Source of the DNA: a virus | DNA: 56,131 bases | Virus record (IMG/VR): IMGVR_UViG_3300002143_000137 | Direction: 5' to 3' (one strand) | In this document: piece by piece, positions 12,401 through 19,528 of the stretch | Position numbering within the stretch: the stretch's first letter is position 1 | Layout of the letters: every line of letters starts with the position of its first letter | Made by a program: the position numbers and the translations under genes | Notes under the pieces: generated by a model | The model's database searches: none | What the model saw: the letters and a program-made list of their open reading frames with translations, nothing else | What the model was told of the DNA's origin: nothing

Positions 12401-14927
12401 CAGAGACGCCGCTAATGTTTGACTCGTCACCAATATCATTCGTAATTTCAGAGCTGGGCATTACCCGCACCAGCACCGGGTTTTTCATGCGACGGATTAC
12501 ACCCGGGTCGATTCCGTGCGTATTGTCCCCGGCCATCTCTTGCTTGTATTGGCCGCCTTGGCCACTGCTGTGTGCGTGCTGCAGCCCGGTTACTCGGCCA
12601 TTACCAGCAATCGCGCGAGACTTGCCTTCCATGCCGGCATCGTAGCCTTTAACCGGCGAGCCGTTTATGTCATTGCTCGACAACAACTGGTCGGCCTCAA
12701 CAACGGCATATTGAACTGGTATTTTTCTGCCGCTACTGGAAGTGGCCACGTCTTTACGGCCTAAATTTTGGCGAGGAATATCCGCGCCCGCCTCAACCAC
12801 TGGCGCGCCGGCCGATAAGTCACGCGAAAAACTCAATCGAGAATAATCTGGATTACTCGCGATACTGCGCATTTGCGCGATACTTTCCGGCGTGGAGCGG
12901 TCGCGGTTTTGTAGTACCGGCTTGTCGGCTTGCGCGCTTACCTGGCTAGCTTCGCTATTGGTGGTTGCGCTCAAGTCGATTGATTCTGGCGCGGTCGGCA
13001 CTCTCTCGGTCCGAGTGCGGCCGCGTCCTGGCACGCCAGAATTTTGCGCGCCAATCTGCCCTTCATAAGCAGCAGTATTTTCGCGCTGCTTGCGCGCCCT
13101 TTCCTGCTCGGCGTCGTAGGTTTCCTGGGCATCGCCGCGCATATCATCATACCGGCGTTGGCGCACATCGTCGGGCTCGGTACCGAAAACGTCGCTCGTC
13201 TTGCCTAGCTTTAGTGTGCCGTCAAGATCCTGGCTAATGCCTGGCTGTTTGCCGGGCTTTGGCTCTGCCGGAATGTGCTCGCCATCCAGGATGTGTTGGC
13301 CGATTTGCAAAGGATCTTTAATGGCTTGACCATCATAAGTCTCACCTTGCGCGCTCGGGCTCCCGGCGACGGGCATCGTCGCACCGGGGATAAACTCGCC
13401 TTTCGTGGCGCTGACGGCTGGCAGGCCGCCATTACCGCCACCGTCATTACTGCCAGTGTTGTCATAGAAGCGAGCCAGAATGTCGTCGGCGTTTTGATAA
13501 AGCCGGCTTGCCATGCCCTCCTTACCTTCAGCCTGGAGTTTTTGCGCGCGGCGATAGAGGTTTCGTGCACCAGTTAAGACGGTTGCGCCTTCTGTGTCGC
13601 CAGCGCGCTCAAGAATAAGGATGTCGCCATCGAGGCCGGATAATCGGCTTTTACGGCTGTTGTTTGATTCCTTAACCGTTGCGCCTGGTGTCATTCCAGC
13701 CGTGCGCTGGTCGCTGCTCGCGGGCTTGCCGGAAAAGGCGCGCTCCACTTCGGCGGCATTCAGCCCGTCAAGCTCGGCTTGGCGCTGTCGCAGCATCTCC
13801 ATTTCTGCCGGGTCGGTAAAAATACGCGACCGGCGATTCTGCATGTCTACTGCTGCGGCGTCCGATCCCGCCAGCTCTTGCTCAAGCGCATCGCCACCGG
13901 CATCCGCTGCTTTTTTCCGGGCCTCGTCGACGCGACCGATAGCGCCCAATGGAGCGCCCACGCCAAAGCCGACTACAGCGCCGGTTAGCGCTTGCGGCAG
14001 TACGTTATCGTTGGTAATTGTCGGGTCAATATTGCGCGCGGCATTGTTAACAGAAAGTGCTGCCGAGCCTTCTTCGACAAACTCCTGAGCCATCTCCGTT
14101 GAGCCGACTAGCGCAGCGTTACCCAGGCGGGACTTGCCAAGAGTCCCTTTCAATAAGCCGTCAAATACCTTGCCCATTACGGCGTTCGATAAGAAATTGA
14201 CTGCGGCCAGTTCAGGATCGCGCATAACTTCGGACGCGGCAGTGTCAGCTAAATGCTTGCGAGCATTGGTGGCGTTTGTAATTTCGTCCTGGCTCTCGTC
14301 GTAAAAATCCGAGTTCCACAGATCCAGGAAAGCCTTGCTTTGATACAGGGTTTCGTCGGGGATATTCATCACGGTAGAGCGCGCATCTTCGCCCGCCATA
14401 CCTTGCGCCATGCCGCCACCGACAGCGCCAGATCCCATTGCTCCGGCTGCAGAAGCTAAGCCTCGCCCGGCGCCAAGCATTTTGGCACCCACGCCGACTG
14501 CACCACCACCAATAAGCGTTGGGATCGTGGTGCCCAAGCCCTGCGCGGTCATCATGGCTAAAGTTCTGGCATTCGCGCCTTCGCCAAGCTCCAGTCCGTT
14601 TTCGCCGTTTCGGAAAACTTCTTTCGTTAGCGCTTCCCGGCCTTCTGGGCTAATGGTTTCACGCTGGTCATCAGCCCAATTATTAAAGACCTCTGCGACG
14701 CCCTGGCCGTAGCCGGTAAATTCCTGAGCTAGCGAAAACAGGCCGCCGACACCCTGAAGCGCGCCGCGCTGAGTCATATCCACTAAATCGCCGGTAATGC
14801 CCTGACGGTCTTTGCTCAATGCTTCGGGAGATACTGCGCTGGACTGCGCAATATGCGTGTTCAGAAAATTGATTTTTTCTTCGTCGGAAAGGTCGTCAAA
14901 GCCGGGGATAAACGGATTATTGCTCAT
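3447..14927 (-). CDS. Giant multidomain polyvalent virion protein (3,826 aa)
   Basis: One uninterrupted ORF, the last gene of the late operon. Multiple enzyme motifs are listed as sub-features below. Confidence 0.95.
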   Translation of the reverse strand: MSNNPFIPGFDDLSDEEKINFLNTHIAQSSAVSPEALSKDRQGITGDLVDMTQRGALQGVGGLFSLAQEFTGYGQGVAEVFNNWADDQRETISPEGREALTKEVFRNGENGLELGEGANARTLAMMTAQGLGTTIPTLIGGGAVGVGAKMLGAGRGLASAAGAMGSGAVGGGMAQGMAGEDARSTVMNIPDETLYQSKAFLDLWNSDFYDESQDEITNATNARKHLADTAASEVMRDPELAAVNFLSNAVMGKVFDGLLKGTLGKSRLGNAALVGSTEMAQEFVEEGSAALSVNNAARNIDPTITNDNVLPQALTGAVVGFGVGAPLGAIGRVDEARKKAADAGGDALEQELAGSDAAAVDMQNRRSRIFTDPAEMEMLRQRQAELDGLNAAEVERAFSGKPASSDQRTAGMTPGATVKESNNSRKSRLSGLDGDILILERAGDTEGATVLTGARNLYRRAQKLQAEGKEGMASRLYQNADDILARFYDNTGSNDGGGNGGLPAVSATKGEFIPGATMPVAGSPSAQGETYDGQAIKDPLQIGQHILDGEHIPAEPKPGKQPGISQDLDGTLKLGKTSDVFGTEPDDVRQRRYDDMRGDAQETYDAEQERARKQRENTAAYEGQIGAQNSGVPGRGRTRTERVPTAPESIDLSATTNSEASQVSAQADKPVLQNRDRSTPESIAQMRSIASNPDYSRLSFSRDLSAGAPVVEAGADIPRQNLGRKDVATSSSGRKIPVQYAVVEADQLLSSNDINGSPVKGYDAGMEGKSRAIAGNGRVTGLQHAHSSGQGGQYKQEMAGDNTHGIDPGVIRRMKNPVLVRVMPSSEITNDIGDESNISGVSELSPVEQARNDARRINVAGTAIIGPDGQLTQEAAEQFINAMPESERGGLRDGKLPSKRAYERMENAIFAASFDNDELIRLQAQATDPEARTVMSGLLAAAGPLSRLKGQGNYDVRAIVSEAAAIAVNARRQGRSLQEFIQQSDMTVAPETWPILQMFSENIRSAKAIGDKLTALADALYNESVKPAEDMFGAVEKRSPATLTEEAFNNEQQFNAQGAGNKGGAVANDGANERNANGEPANRGEGSAEGLGQTGNQDNFSLNQYTEQELVDQAKAKADAEASAKSAEAAISAKLDADKELNDFTLSGSSAPADIANSRGQNSLFDGPAAKSLTSDTFKPLSAKKALENALIRSADEIDEYNALAKQYRGDHNSNIVALRNIQKLARGRDIRGAKIDKEWTAFSTDSGTLNIPRDEMPQVKAEHRGALANFLKARGIAGTEETVAASSLKPTQKEFSEAKVAKAKDFTGGDRAILVSGDGHVLDGHHQWMAKRDNNEEVRVIRLDAPITELLEQVKEFPSADVDRGAKGSKADQELKAKSSKGSSRSTEKSSAGNQETKTEPQKKLADSGEELGANRRRSTGLTMRDFEGMNDAEQVKMAVKAKIWPKPDYEALINDGMNPLAAYTLKHIYDSMAVKPDSKSEEGVRAFVETTSKVRDVVMDYAGSREYAQKILESLQVIQSAGSDYLAQQRASKSVADSLKAITHKIYEAAFPENDNGARWGKKNPEGNRNILAIGGNRFIKRADIGSADLRKAVKEISEGWPAKREAWEKQYTVTQKGDKWGVSKKRFRSVLSEHDTQEAAIQAARDLAKVEREASFKEPSVSMDHVERIGEARRESDVTADQLRTTFGFRGVNFGNWMNAADRQQHTNAAYDAFLDLAEVMGVPPESMSLGGMLGVAFGAQGHGSHAAAHFVPGLNEINITKTAGAGSLAHEFGHAVDHHFGVIAGLARQEGPFLSEHADRDWLLKGSNARPEIVAAYKAILGAMEKIEVIRTAEDMEAARLSSLASSRESLDRIVASWQRWMTNATEAQQNKLNAIVDKLRAGDRGDYVALGKTKQLVGKNINAAREIASEVYGRAIAADQFTHADTAAGMIEYAVDAEKFAETHKPQQSGMTEYRRNARDMDGKKKDPYWSTRLEMFARAFETYVLDKLRLDEKRNDYLTAAWKNLGAEDGIYGEAATKWFPQGDERAAINKAFDGLIDTIEVNDEGIISENTGSALYSSNERETQDIRRGQRGANRITEPAADQQPAQGDLFNQLAKKSVAATEFYSKAALREVDTVKTGVEFVKSPQDAAHVLSSFRKNAQENMLVLVLDKDDRPLSVIRHTKGAMDSASVNPEELAGAVAATPGAAKIYLGHNHPSGMTKPSDADRMITDKIVGTLEPSGIDTMGHVILGEGAGAYFFDDLTTGNPIKVKPLLRKRTVPVTESKILARSKQTSITSADTARVAVKDLPSGVLFLNTQNAPAAFVPMTTEELSDLRGDGYRRLLETLNNASAKTAILNIDADEVDAAINASRALNNIGMRVLDVFIGGKSNAAVGGSLNKEEGIFYSRTSELKRAATPKGVGLGAAKIAINKFLKQYKGANDVTVKVFRTHEEAHGTPAPFRTKGGYDPKTDTLFVYTEALDSLADLEETLQHEVLVHKGIGFIDPVHAAEFLTSLRNAAKDSPELASVLDEVERVESGRSDQLKAEEILARIAQEKLTFTDKVWNRIVLALQRLLKRAGFNVDVSAHRQGKDLVYRIGDAFAEGQRARRRVDLDDAVFNREAASEADKVMAQWSKKLSLMRNADKQDFVLSVKAPLILRELKVISKIEITKRRIMAIQNKHSDLPYSVLEDLPLLLADPQAVYTRGAGKGEGEVNVVIEVRTAEGEPILVGINEGEIKTITPKHHGENSSGVERLWGDISRGGLLYVRNEEALIEIRASKAAPGREQSPKRRQDLPKNILTKDDIVNKYNRDRGEQHLFSRELGQDNGKGSLAWDAANAKGLDMSKDARMRRAKAMGFDTDTVLYHGTRPGVDIKEFSRQHSPDGIYLTPDPTYAEGFTNELFGDSGAAGAIYPVFAKLENSYTVTASYGSPEWESFVNRGLDMLEIEAQGYDSAVLVDEETGDVDQVIVINPANIRSVNAAFDSAEDGSSNILYSRIAEPVSDREAIMAAKLGMAQDNRSPIARAKDSMKDWWREVMDGFIPSVADKFYDLKKINAEAYMRARMSTNTGAALAAALGHATPEWHEDGILKAKRGSKGLLDVLKPIEGDVNGWVSWMVAKRAEGLMASDRENLLTEQEIATLLDVSPETAALYQSVADEWKAYNGAMLDLMAGGNLITQASADHFKQDAYYIPFYREVTDETGEVDVVASFTKRGLSHQKDGIEKLKGGTSNLQDPLKNMLMNVTRAIDASVKNNALLRIVNEVDTGSENSVLSVAHEGNRSGNNVIRVRRDGQNEYYRVHDIGVLGALTAMNDMQSTAITRLLGIPKQLLTAGVTATPTFMLRNAIRDITASWMQSEDVKWQASKALGQFRDALKIDDDTIDMMMAGSAFMGGYRYSNDATSNAQALREQLRKKGMSTESVDGYMSSLFDGSKQSWEWYREKGERFENMARQKMFRDALDSGHSYFDAAYRAKDLMDFSLHGRAGIMHFLIQTVPFMNARIQGLYKLGRVVGNQKNMAELTQMVAFKGALVAAATLALYAINEDDEDYQALRDWDKDANWHIFLDGEHLRIPKPFELGLMFSTIPERAARLANGDDDARVFFKSVGSNMLETLSMNPMPQAVMPITEAAFNYDFFRGRSIDNQSDLGNLPGSRKSLYTSALATGMGAMLEDLGVTGDMASPKRIDHIIKGYTGSMGISLLSATDAVVHMLSGNTTPAMNRRDYPVIGWFARGDDPVGTKYSDDFYRLVSRANQAYSTIRDPNTDAERRAEIIEDYGTELKARKMLVGANMRLSMLRKQQDAVYRDSQLTSEQKRERLNKIQQIMNEIQKRAVDRVSA
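6020..6400 (-). other. ADP-ribosyltransferase-like module of the giant protein (about aa 2845-2970)
   Basis: VLYHGTRPGVDIKEF...DGIYLTPDPTYAEGF...VLVDEETGDVDQVIVINPANI. This is the H-Y-E type ART pattern seen in polyvalent proteins. Confidence 0.55.
7300..7640 (-). other. Second HExxH module of the giant protein (about aa 2430-2540)
   Basis: LEETLQHEVLVHKGIGF at nt 7471-7491. Confidence 0.35.
8190..8600 (-). other. RadC-like JAB/MPN module of the giant protein (about aa 2110-2245)
   Basis: KIYLGHNHPSGMTKPSDADRMITDKI. The HNHPSG motif is at nt 8313-8335. Confidence 0.75.
8940..9880 (-). other. Zincin-like metallopeptidase module (LPD1-type) of the giant protein (about aa 1685-1995)
   Basis: FGFRGVNFGNWMN...GAGSLAHEFGHAVDHH...EMFARAFETYV. 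Confidence 0.6.
10865..11180 (-). other. ParB/sulfiredoxin-like nuclease module of the giant protein (about aa 1250-1355)
   Basis: LKPTQKEF...AILVSGDGHVLDGHHQWMAK. Confidence 0.7.
12400..12910 (-). other. Possible additional ParB-superfamily module of the giant protein (about aa 675-840)
   Basis: IPVQYAVVEADQLLSSND...GKSRAIAGNGRVTGLQHA...NPVLVRVM. Confidence 0.4.
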
Positions 14928-14963
14928 AGGAGAATGGCGCCTGCTGGTTAGACAATCGCCATA

Positions 14964-14994
14964 ATCCTAGGTAAGTCGAGGTTTGCGCGGAATC
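14964..14994 (-). promoter_or_regulatory. Late promoter-like motif copy 1 (upstream of the giant gene)
   Basis: Minus strand reads AGATTCCGCGC, 17 nt, TAGGAT. Confidence 0.45.
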
Positions 14995-15735
14995 TTACCG
15001 CTGCATTAGACTTCCATTTTTTGCTTGTAGCTGCTCGTAGTCGGCGCGCTTTTGTTGCACCTTAGTCCTTAGCGATTCATTCCAGCCGCCCAGCGTGTCG
15101 CCTACCATGGAGAACAACCCCTGTTTCTCTGCGACCTGCTGCGAGCCCGGCTGAGTTCCGCGTGCAGGCGGCAAAGCACCACTGCTCGGCACTGCATCGC
15201 CACCAGTGCTAGAAGGTGGTGGTGGCGCAGCAGAAAGCCGGATTGCCTCTGACACCGCCGCACCTACAGGCTTACCCATATCAATTAGGGTTTTCGCTCG
15301 CTGGCCTACCGGCGTACTAAAGTCGATGAATTGATTGCCATCACTAACGCCGCTAACAGACTTGGTTCCGTACTCGTCCGAACTTTCGACCGGCTTCCAT
15401 TTATTTTCTTTATCGGCGCGACCATCCCCTTTTAAGCCCTTGTCCAAGTAGTAGTCGGTCAATTCCTTTTTGCCGCGCACCTCTTCATCGACTCGGAATT
15501 TTGCCATTTCTCGCTCGGCCGCTACGCGCTTGTCAGCTTCTCCGGAGGCGTATTCGTTCTGCATCCCCATCAGCTCTTTGTCGCGCGCAAATTTACCATC
15601 AGCCGCCTCGGCCGAAATTTTTGCTAAGCGTTCATCGCGCATTTGCTGAAAGTGGTCTGCCAGGGCCATTTGCCCAGCTTGCGCAATCCCCTGGCCTAGT
15701 CCGGCCAATAACCCATACTCAGCCCTGCCCGGCAT
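14995..15735 (-). CDS. Hypothetical virion/ejection-module protein (246 aa)
   Basis: ORF in the late operon. GGAGGT lies 5 nt before the ATG at 15735. No recognisable motif. Confidence 0.6.
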   Translation of the reverse strand: MPGRAEYGLLAGLGQGIAQAGQMALADHFQQMRDERLAKISAEAADGKFARDKELMGMQNEYASGEADKRVAAEREMAKFRVDEEVRGKKELTDYYLDKGLKGDGRADKENKWKPVESSDEYGTKSVSGVSDGNQFIDFSTPVGQRAKTLIDMGKPVGAAVSEAIRLSAAPPPPSSTGGDAVPSSGALPPARGTQPGSQQVAEKQGLFSMVGDTLGGWNESLRTKVQQKRADYEQLQAKNGSLMQR

Positions 15736-16228
15736 ACTTACCTCCAATACGGCTTATTTCAGGTGCCAACTGCTGATCCTGCGCGCCAGCCCGCAAATCG
15801 GCCGCATCTATGTCGTAGCTCTGCCCCAAATTCTTCGCCGCCTCCATGAGTGCGGCCTCAATAGTGTCATCGCTAGTTTCCAGTATGTCGGCAGCATCAG
15901 CCATTTCAATGAGCGACATCGTGACCGCCTCAGCCAACGGCAATAGGAAGTCGTCGGGCAAATCCATTTTTTGATCCACGACCTCAACAACCTGGCTTAC
16001 TGCCAGGCCTATGCCTACCGCGGGATCTGGTGCGCTGCCAATCATATCCAGTAGCGCCGCATTCGCCTCGTCAGACTTGTAAATCATATTCCCGACTTCG
16101 GCTAGCGCCTGATCCATCAGCGATTCCTCTTCCGGCGTCGCCGCTTGATTGCCGGGGCTGGATGTCGCGCTACCAATAGACATTTTTGGTTCAGGCGCCT
16201 CGGCCTGCTGTAGTAATCCTTTTGGCAT
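15719..16228 (-). CDS. Acidic hypothetical protein (169 aa)
   Basis: ORF coupled to both neighbours by overlapping stop and start codons. Confidence 0.6.
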   Translation of the reverse strand: MPKGLLQQAEAPEPKMSIGSATSSPGNQAATPEEESLMDQALAEVGNMIYKSDEANAALLDMIGSAPDPAVGIGLAVSQVVEVVDQKMDLPDDFLLPLAEAVTMSLIEMADAADILETSDDTIEAALMEAAKNLGQSYDIDAADLRAGAQDQQLAPEISRIGGKYAGQG

Positions 16229-17091
16229 TACACCGCCCCCTGTTTGAGCAATCCCTGCGTTGTGTACTGCTTGGAGAGATTGGTATTAACACGTAAATTT
16301 TCCGGCAAGAAAGCCTCGGTGCTGCCGCCTTCACTCTCGCCCGTCATAGGGTTGTATTGAAACCCGGCGAGGTTATCGAAATTAACGTCCGGTACACGAT
16401 TGCCGTCGATGTAGCGCTGGCGTGCTTTCTCTGCTTCTTTCTCTCCGTCCGCTGCCGCCTTACCTTGCATCGCACCAGAGATAGCGTTGCCGCCCGCCAT
16501 AACTGCGCCGTACTGCACCATTGGATTGCTAAGCAGTCCGCCAGCAGCAGCCCCGCCTCCCGCAAGCGCTGTACTGCCGCCCGCAGTAGCGCCGGTAGTT
16601 GCTGCAGCGCCATTTAAACCAATCCCCGTACCCGTAGTACCTAGCCCCGCCGATACGCCAGCAGCTTCCGCTGCGCCAACTGTTGTCATTCCGGGAATGG
16701 CCGCACCCGATGTCGTTGCAGTAACGCCGCCAGTCGTTGCCGCACCAGCAGTAGTCGCACCAGTAGCACCGGCACCAGTAGTGCCACTACCAATACCAAC
16801 CGCAGACCCCAGTTGCGCGCCAACGGCTGCCGGTTGCGAAAGCGCTGCAGCAAACGAAGTGGCGCCAGCACTGTTGTAAGCCAGCATTGCCGCGCCACCA
16901 ACATAAATTAGCGCGGCGGCAATCACAATTTTACCTAGGTCCGTCTTGGCAAAGCGCTTAATTTCCCGCCCAACACTACGGAGGCCATCAACAATCTTGC
17001 TCCCAATTTTCTGCACGCCACCAAACACTTTTTTAATGCCGCCAGTGATTTTTTTTACTGCCTTTGTGACGGACTTAAATGGATTTCCCAT
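16228..17091 (-). CDS. Gly/Ala/Thr-rich internal virion protein with one TM segment (287 aa)
   Basis: GAGGA lies before the ATG at 17091 (MGNPFKSVTKAVKK...). TM segment IVIAAALIYVGGAAMLAY, followed by a long G/A/T tract. Confidence 0.6.
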   Translation of the reverse strand: MGNPFKSVTKAVKKITGGIKKVFGGVQKIGSKIVDGLRSVGREIKRFAKTDLGKIVIAAALIYVGGAAMLAYNSAGATSFAAALSQPAAVGAQLGSAVGIGSGTTGAGATGATTAGAATTGGVTATTSGAAIPGMTTVGAAEAAGVSAGLGTTGTGIGLNGAAATTGATAGGSTALAGGGAAAGGLLSNPMVQYGAVMAGGNAISGAMQGKAAADGEKEAEKARQRYIDGNRVPDVNFDNLAGFQYNPMTGESEGGSTEAFLPENLRVNTNLSKQYTTQGLLKQGAV

Positions 17092-17470
17092 TAGTTCCTC
17101 GCTCCCAGATAAATACCGCACCAACACGCCGAAACCCAAACCGCGCAAGAATCTTTCCCAGCCGGGCATCCTCAAAAAGAGGTGTAACCGTTGCCAGCCT
17201 TATCGCCTTGCGCGACTTAATCCAGGTCATCCACTCTCGAAACATCACAACACCCTCACCGCTACCGATCCAAATCGTAAGCGCGCACTGCTTGCGCGTG
17301 CTAAATGGCAAATTATCGGTTTGCGCGGCAAGCACATTATTCCCGCGTTCACGATAAAAGTGCTGTGGCGAGCTTTTTAGCGACACCAAGCTTTGTCGCA
17401 ACACAACCTTATCCACCCTTAGCGAAGGAAAGGTCTGCTCAATTTTTGCGGCAATTAAATCTACAGCCAC
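17075..17470 (-). CDS. Hypothetical protein (131 aa, GTG start)
   Basis: ORF fills the gap and is coupled to the upstream stop. Confidence 0.45.
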   Translation of the reverse strand: MAVDLIAAKIEQTFPSLRVDKVVLRQSLVSLKSSPQHFYRERGNNVLAAQTDNLPFSTRKQCALTIWIGSGEGVVMFREWMTWIKSRKAIRLATVTPLFEDARLGKILARFGFRRVGAVFIWERGTNGKSI

Positions 17471-19218
17471 TAGAAGAAACGCCCCATTTGATTGAGTATC
17501 TGGGGCGCAGCAATGCTAAATTGCTCCGCCGAAATTTCTTGCTGCGACTTCGGTGGCGCTGCCGTCCCGGTCACGACCGAGCTAGTAGCCGGAGTCGGAG
17601 TCGCCGTAGCGAGCTTTCCCGCCTGCGCATTGAGCGCGTTCAGCTCGGCCTGCCTGCGCTCCATCTCTCCACGAATTTGTCGCTGAGCATTTGCGCTTGT
17701 CGTCGAGTAATACTGAATTTCAAGGTCTTTCAAGTTCGCAGCGACAAGCGATTGCCGCGCCTTAATGCCTTCAGGTGTATTTGCGGGCAGCTTGTTTGCC
17801 AGCTCGGTGAGGCGACTAGCTTCGTCTCTCAATGCCTGCAGATTACCCTTGTCATACTTCGACGCATCAAAACTCAATTGCTGATCTGCCGGCGTACTTG
17901 GCAGCGAAGGCGTAGCTGTCGCGGAGTCTTCTGGAGAAATTTCCACGCCATTAATACCTGCCGCTTTCATCAGCTCGGATTGAGTGGCAAGACTTTTATT
18001 GCTCAGCGCCATAAGCTGATTTATTGCCGCCGCCTTCTGCTCCGGGTTCATATCCGGGCTCGTGCTTATAGATGAAATCTGTTGTGCAAGATCCTGGAAA
18101 CGATTAGCCGCCGACTGCGATTGCTGCAATAGCATCGCGTGCTGTTGCTGCACGCCTAACAGCTCCATTCGCGAACTTTCATCCATCGACTGTAGCGTTT
18201 TCTGGAATTGGAATTGCTGCTCAGCCGCCTGGGAATTTTCAGCCGCACCCTGCGCCTGCAATGCCGACTGGTAACCGGCCTGGCTGGCTTGCAAGCCAGC
18301 TTGCTGCGTAGCCTCCTGCGCCGACAAGTTAGACGTAAGCTGGCCCTGCTGGTTTGCAAGCTCGCTGGTGCCTTGAAACTGCTGCTGAATTTCACCGGAG
18401 CGCTGCGTGGAGTCCTGTGCTGAAAGCTTACTGGTGTTCACTGCCTGCTGATCGGCAAGGGACGTGTTATTGAAGTAACCTTGCTTGGTCAGCTCGGATT
18501 GCGCATGAGTGCTCGCATCCTGCTGAGCAATTGGTAGTGCGGCATCAATCGCTGCCGCGGTGCCTGCGCCCGCCGCCATTGAGCTGTTTAACATTCCACG
18601 ACGGTTTGCTGCGACCGCAGCAGTTCCTTGAGCGCGCTTTAAGTAATCGCTATTGCCGCTCAGTAGCCCGGTTAGTCGATCCTCAACCATTGAGTCACTG
18701 GACATTTTGAAATCGGTTGCGCGCTGATCTAGCGATTTGTCCGCCTCAAATGCGTCATATTTGCGCGTCTCTGGCGCACTTACGGCCACGCCCACGTTGC
18801 GCGGTTCGTAGTTCGCCACACTCGGTATCGCCAATCTTTCTGGCGGCGCTGCTCTTGCTACTGTTGGCGTTGGCGTTGGCGCTGGTGCTGGGTTGCTTGT
18901 CGCGGCCTGCGAAAACATTCCACCACCCATTGATGTCGATTGCGCTGGTCGGCTCGGCGCCGACTGCTCCACTCGGCCCGTCGATGGGGGTTGATATGAC
19001 GGCGCAGAAGGAATCGCATTGCCACCACTATAATTAATTCCGGCACCGGTTGAGCCGGCACCTGTTGAGCCGGGAGTGGTTGCCGCTGAAGTAGAAGTCT
19101 TGGCGGTTGGCATAGCCATCGTAACGCCCGCCCCGGATGTCTGCGCCACGCTAACGCCGCCTATTTTCGGCTGACTATTTGCTCCAAGGCTTTTAAACGC
19201 GCTACTCAAAAATCCCAT
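17470..19218 (-). CDS. Ser/Thr/Ala/Gln-rich internal virion protein (582 aa)
   Basis: Long ORF with a low-complexity N-terminus and a Q-rich, coiled-coil-like centre. Preceded by late motif copy 2. Confidence 0.7.
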   Translation of the reverse strand: MGFLSSAFKSLGANSQPKIGGVSVAQTSGAGVTMAMPTAKTSTSAATTPGSTGAGSTGAGINYSGGNAIPSAPSYQPPSTGRVEQSAPSRPAQSTSMGGGMFSQAATSNPAPAPTPTPTVARAAPPERLAIPSVANYEPRNVGVAVSAPETRKYDAFEADKSLDQRATDFKMSSDSMVEDRLTGLLSGNSDYLKRAQGTAAVAANRRGMLNSSMAAGAGTAAAIDAALPIAQQDASTHAQSELTKQGYFNNTSLADQQAVNTSKLSAQDSTQRSGEIQQQFQGTSELANQQGQLTSNLSAQEATQQAGLQASQAGYQSALQAQGAAENSQAAEQQFQFQKTLQSMDESSRMELLGVQQQHAMLLQQSQSAANRFQDLAQQISSISTSPDMNPEQKAAAINQLMALSNKSLATQSELMKAAGINGVEISPEDSATATPSLPSTPADQQLSFDASKYDKGNLQALRDEASRLTELANKLPANTPEGIKARQSLVAANLKDLEIQYYSTTSANAQRQIRGEMERRQAELNALNAQAGKLATATPTPATSSVVTGTAAPPKSQQEISAEQFSIAAPQILNQMGRFF

Positions 19219-19241
19219 ACATCACCTCAATCAATCTCCCA

Positions 19242-19275
19242 GTATTAGGCCAATTTCCAGTGTTGCGCGGAATCT
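19242..19275 (-). promoter_or_regulatory. Late promoter-like motif copy 2
   Basis: Minus strand reads AGATTCCGCGC, then 18-20 nt, then CCTAATAC. Confidence 0.4.
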
Positions 19276-19525
19276 ATGCCCCGGTTCGGCGCCGATAAAG
19301 ATAGAGGCCAATGCTGGCCAGCAAGCACGCAATTACAACCTCTGGCGGCTGATCCTGGTCAATCAGCAGCACGCCACCAGCGCCAATACCTATCTTGGCA
19401 ATAGTGGTCGATACCGCTGCCGAGTTCTCCTTGCGTACCGCTTGGTCGGTAATGATTTTTTTAGACTCAGCCAGTGACGGCGCTAGCGCGGTAAAGAACG
19501 CCAAAAACTGCATTAAAATATTCAT
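19274..19525 (-). CDS. Small membrane protein in the lysis cassette (83 aa, holin or spanin candidate)
   Basis: Three hydrophobic segments. Lies directly after the endolysin gene. Confidence 0.5.
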   Translation of the reverse strand: MNILMQFLAFFTALAPSLAESKKIITDQAVRKENSAAVSTTIAKIGIGAGGVLLIDQDQPPEVVIACLLASIGLYLYRRRTGA

Positions 19526-19528
19526 AAA

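Noticed and set aside
17305-18075. 256-aa plus-strand ORF.
   Set aside because: It is antisense to the 582-aa and 131-aa late genes. Its composition is Arg/Leu/Cys-rich, and it has no SD or operon context.
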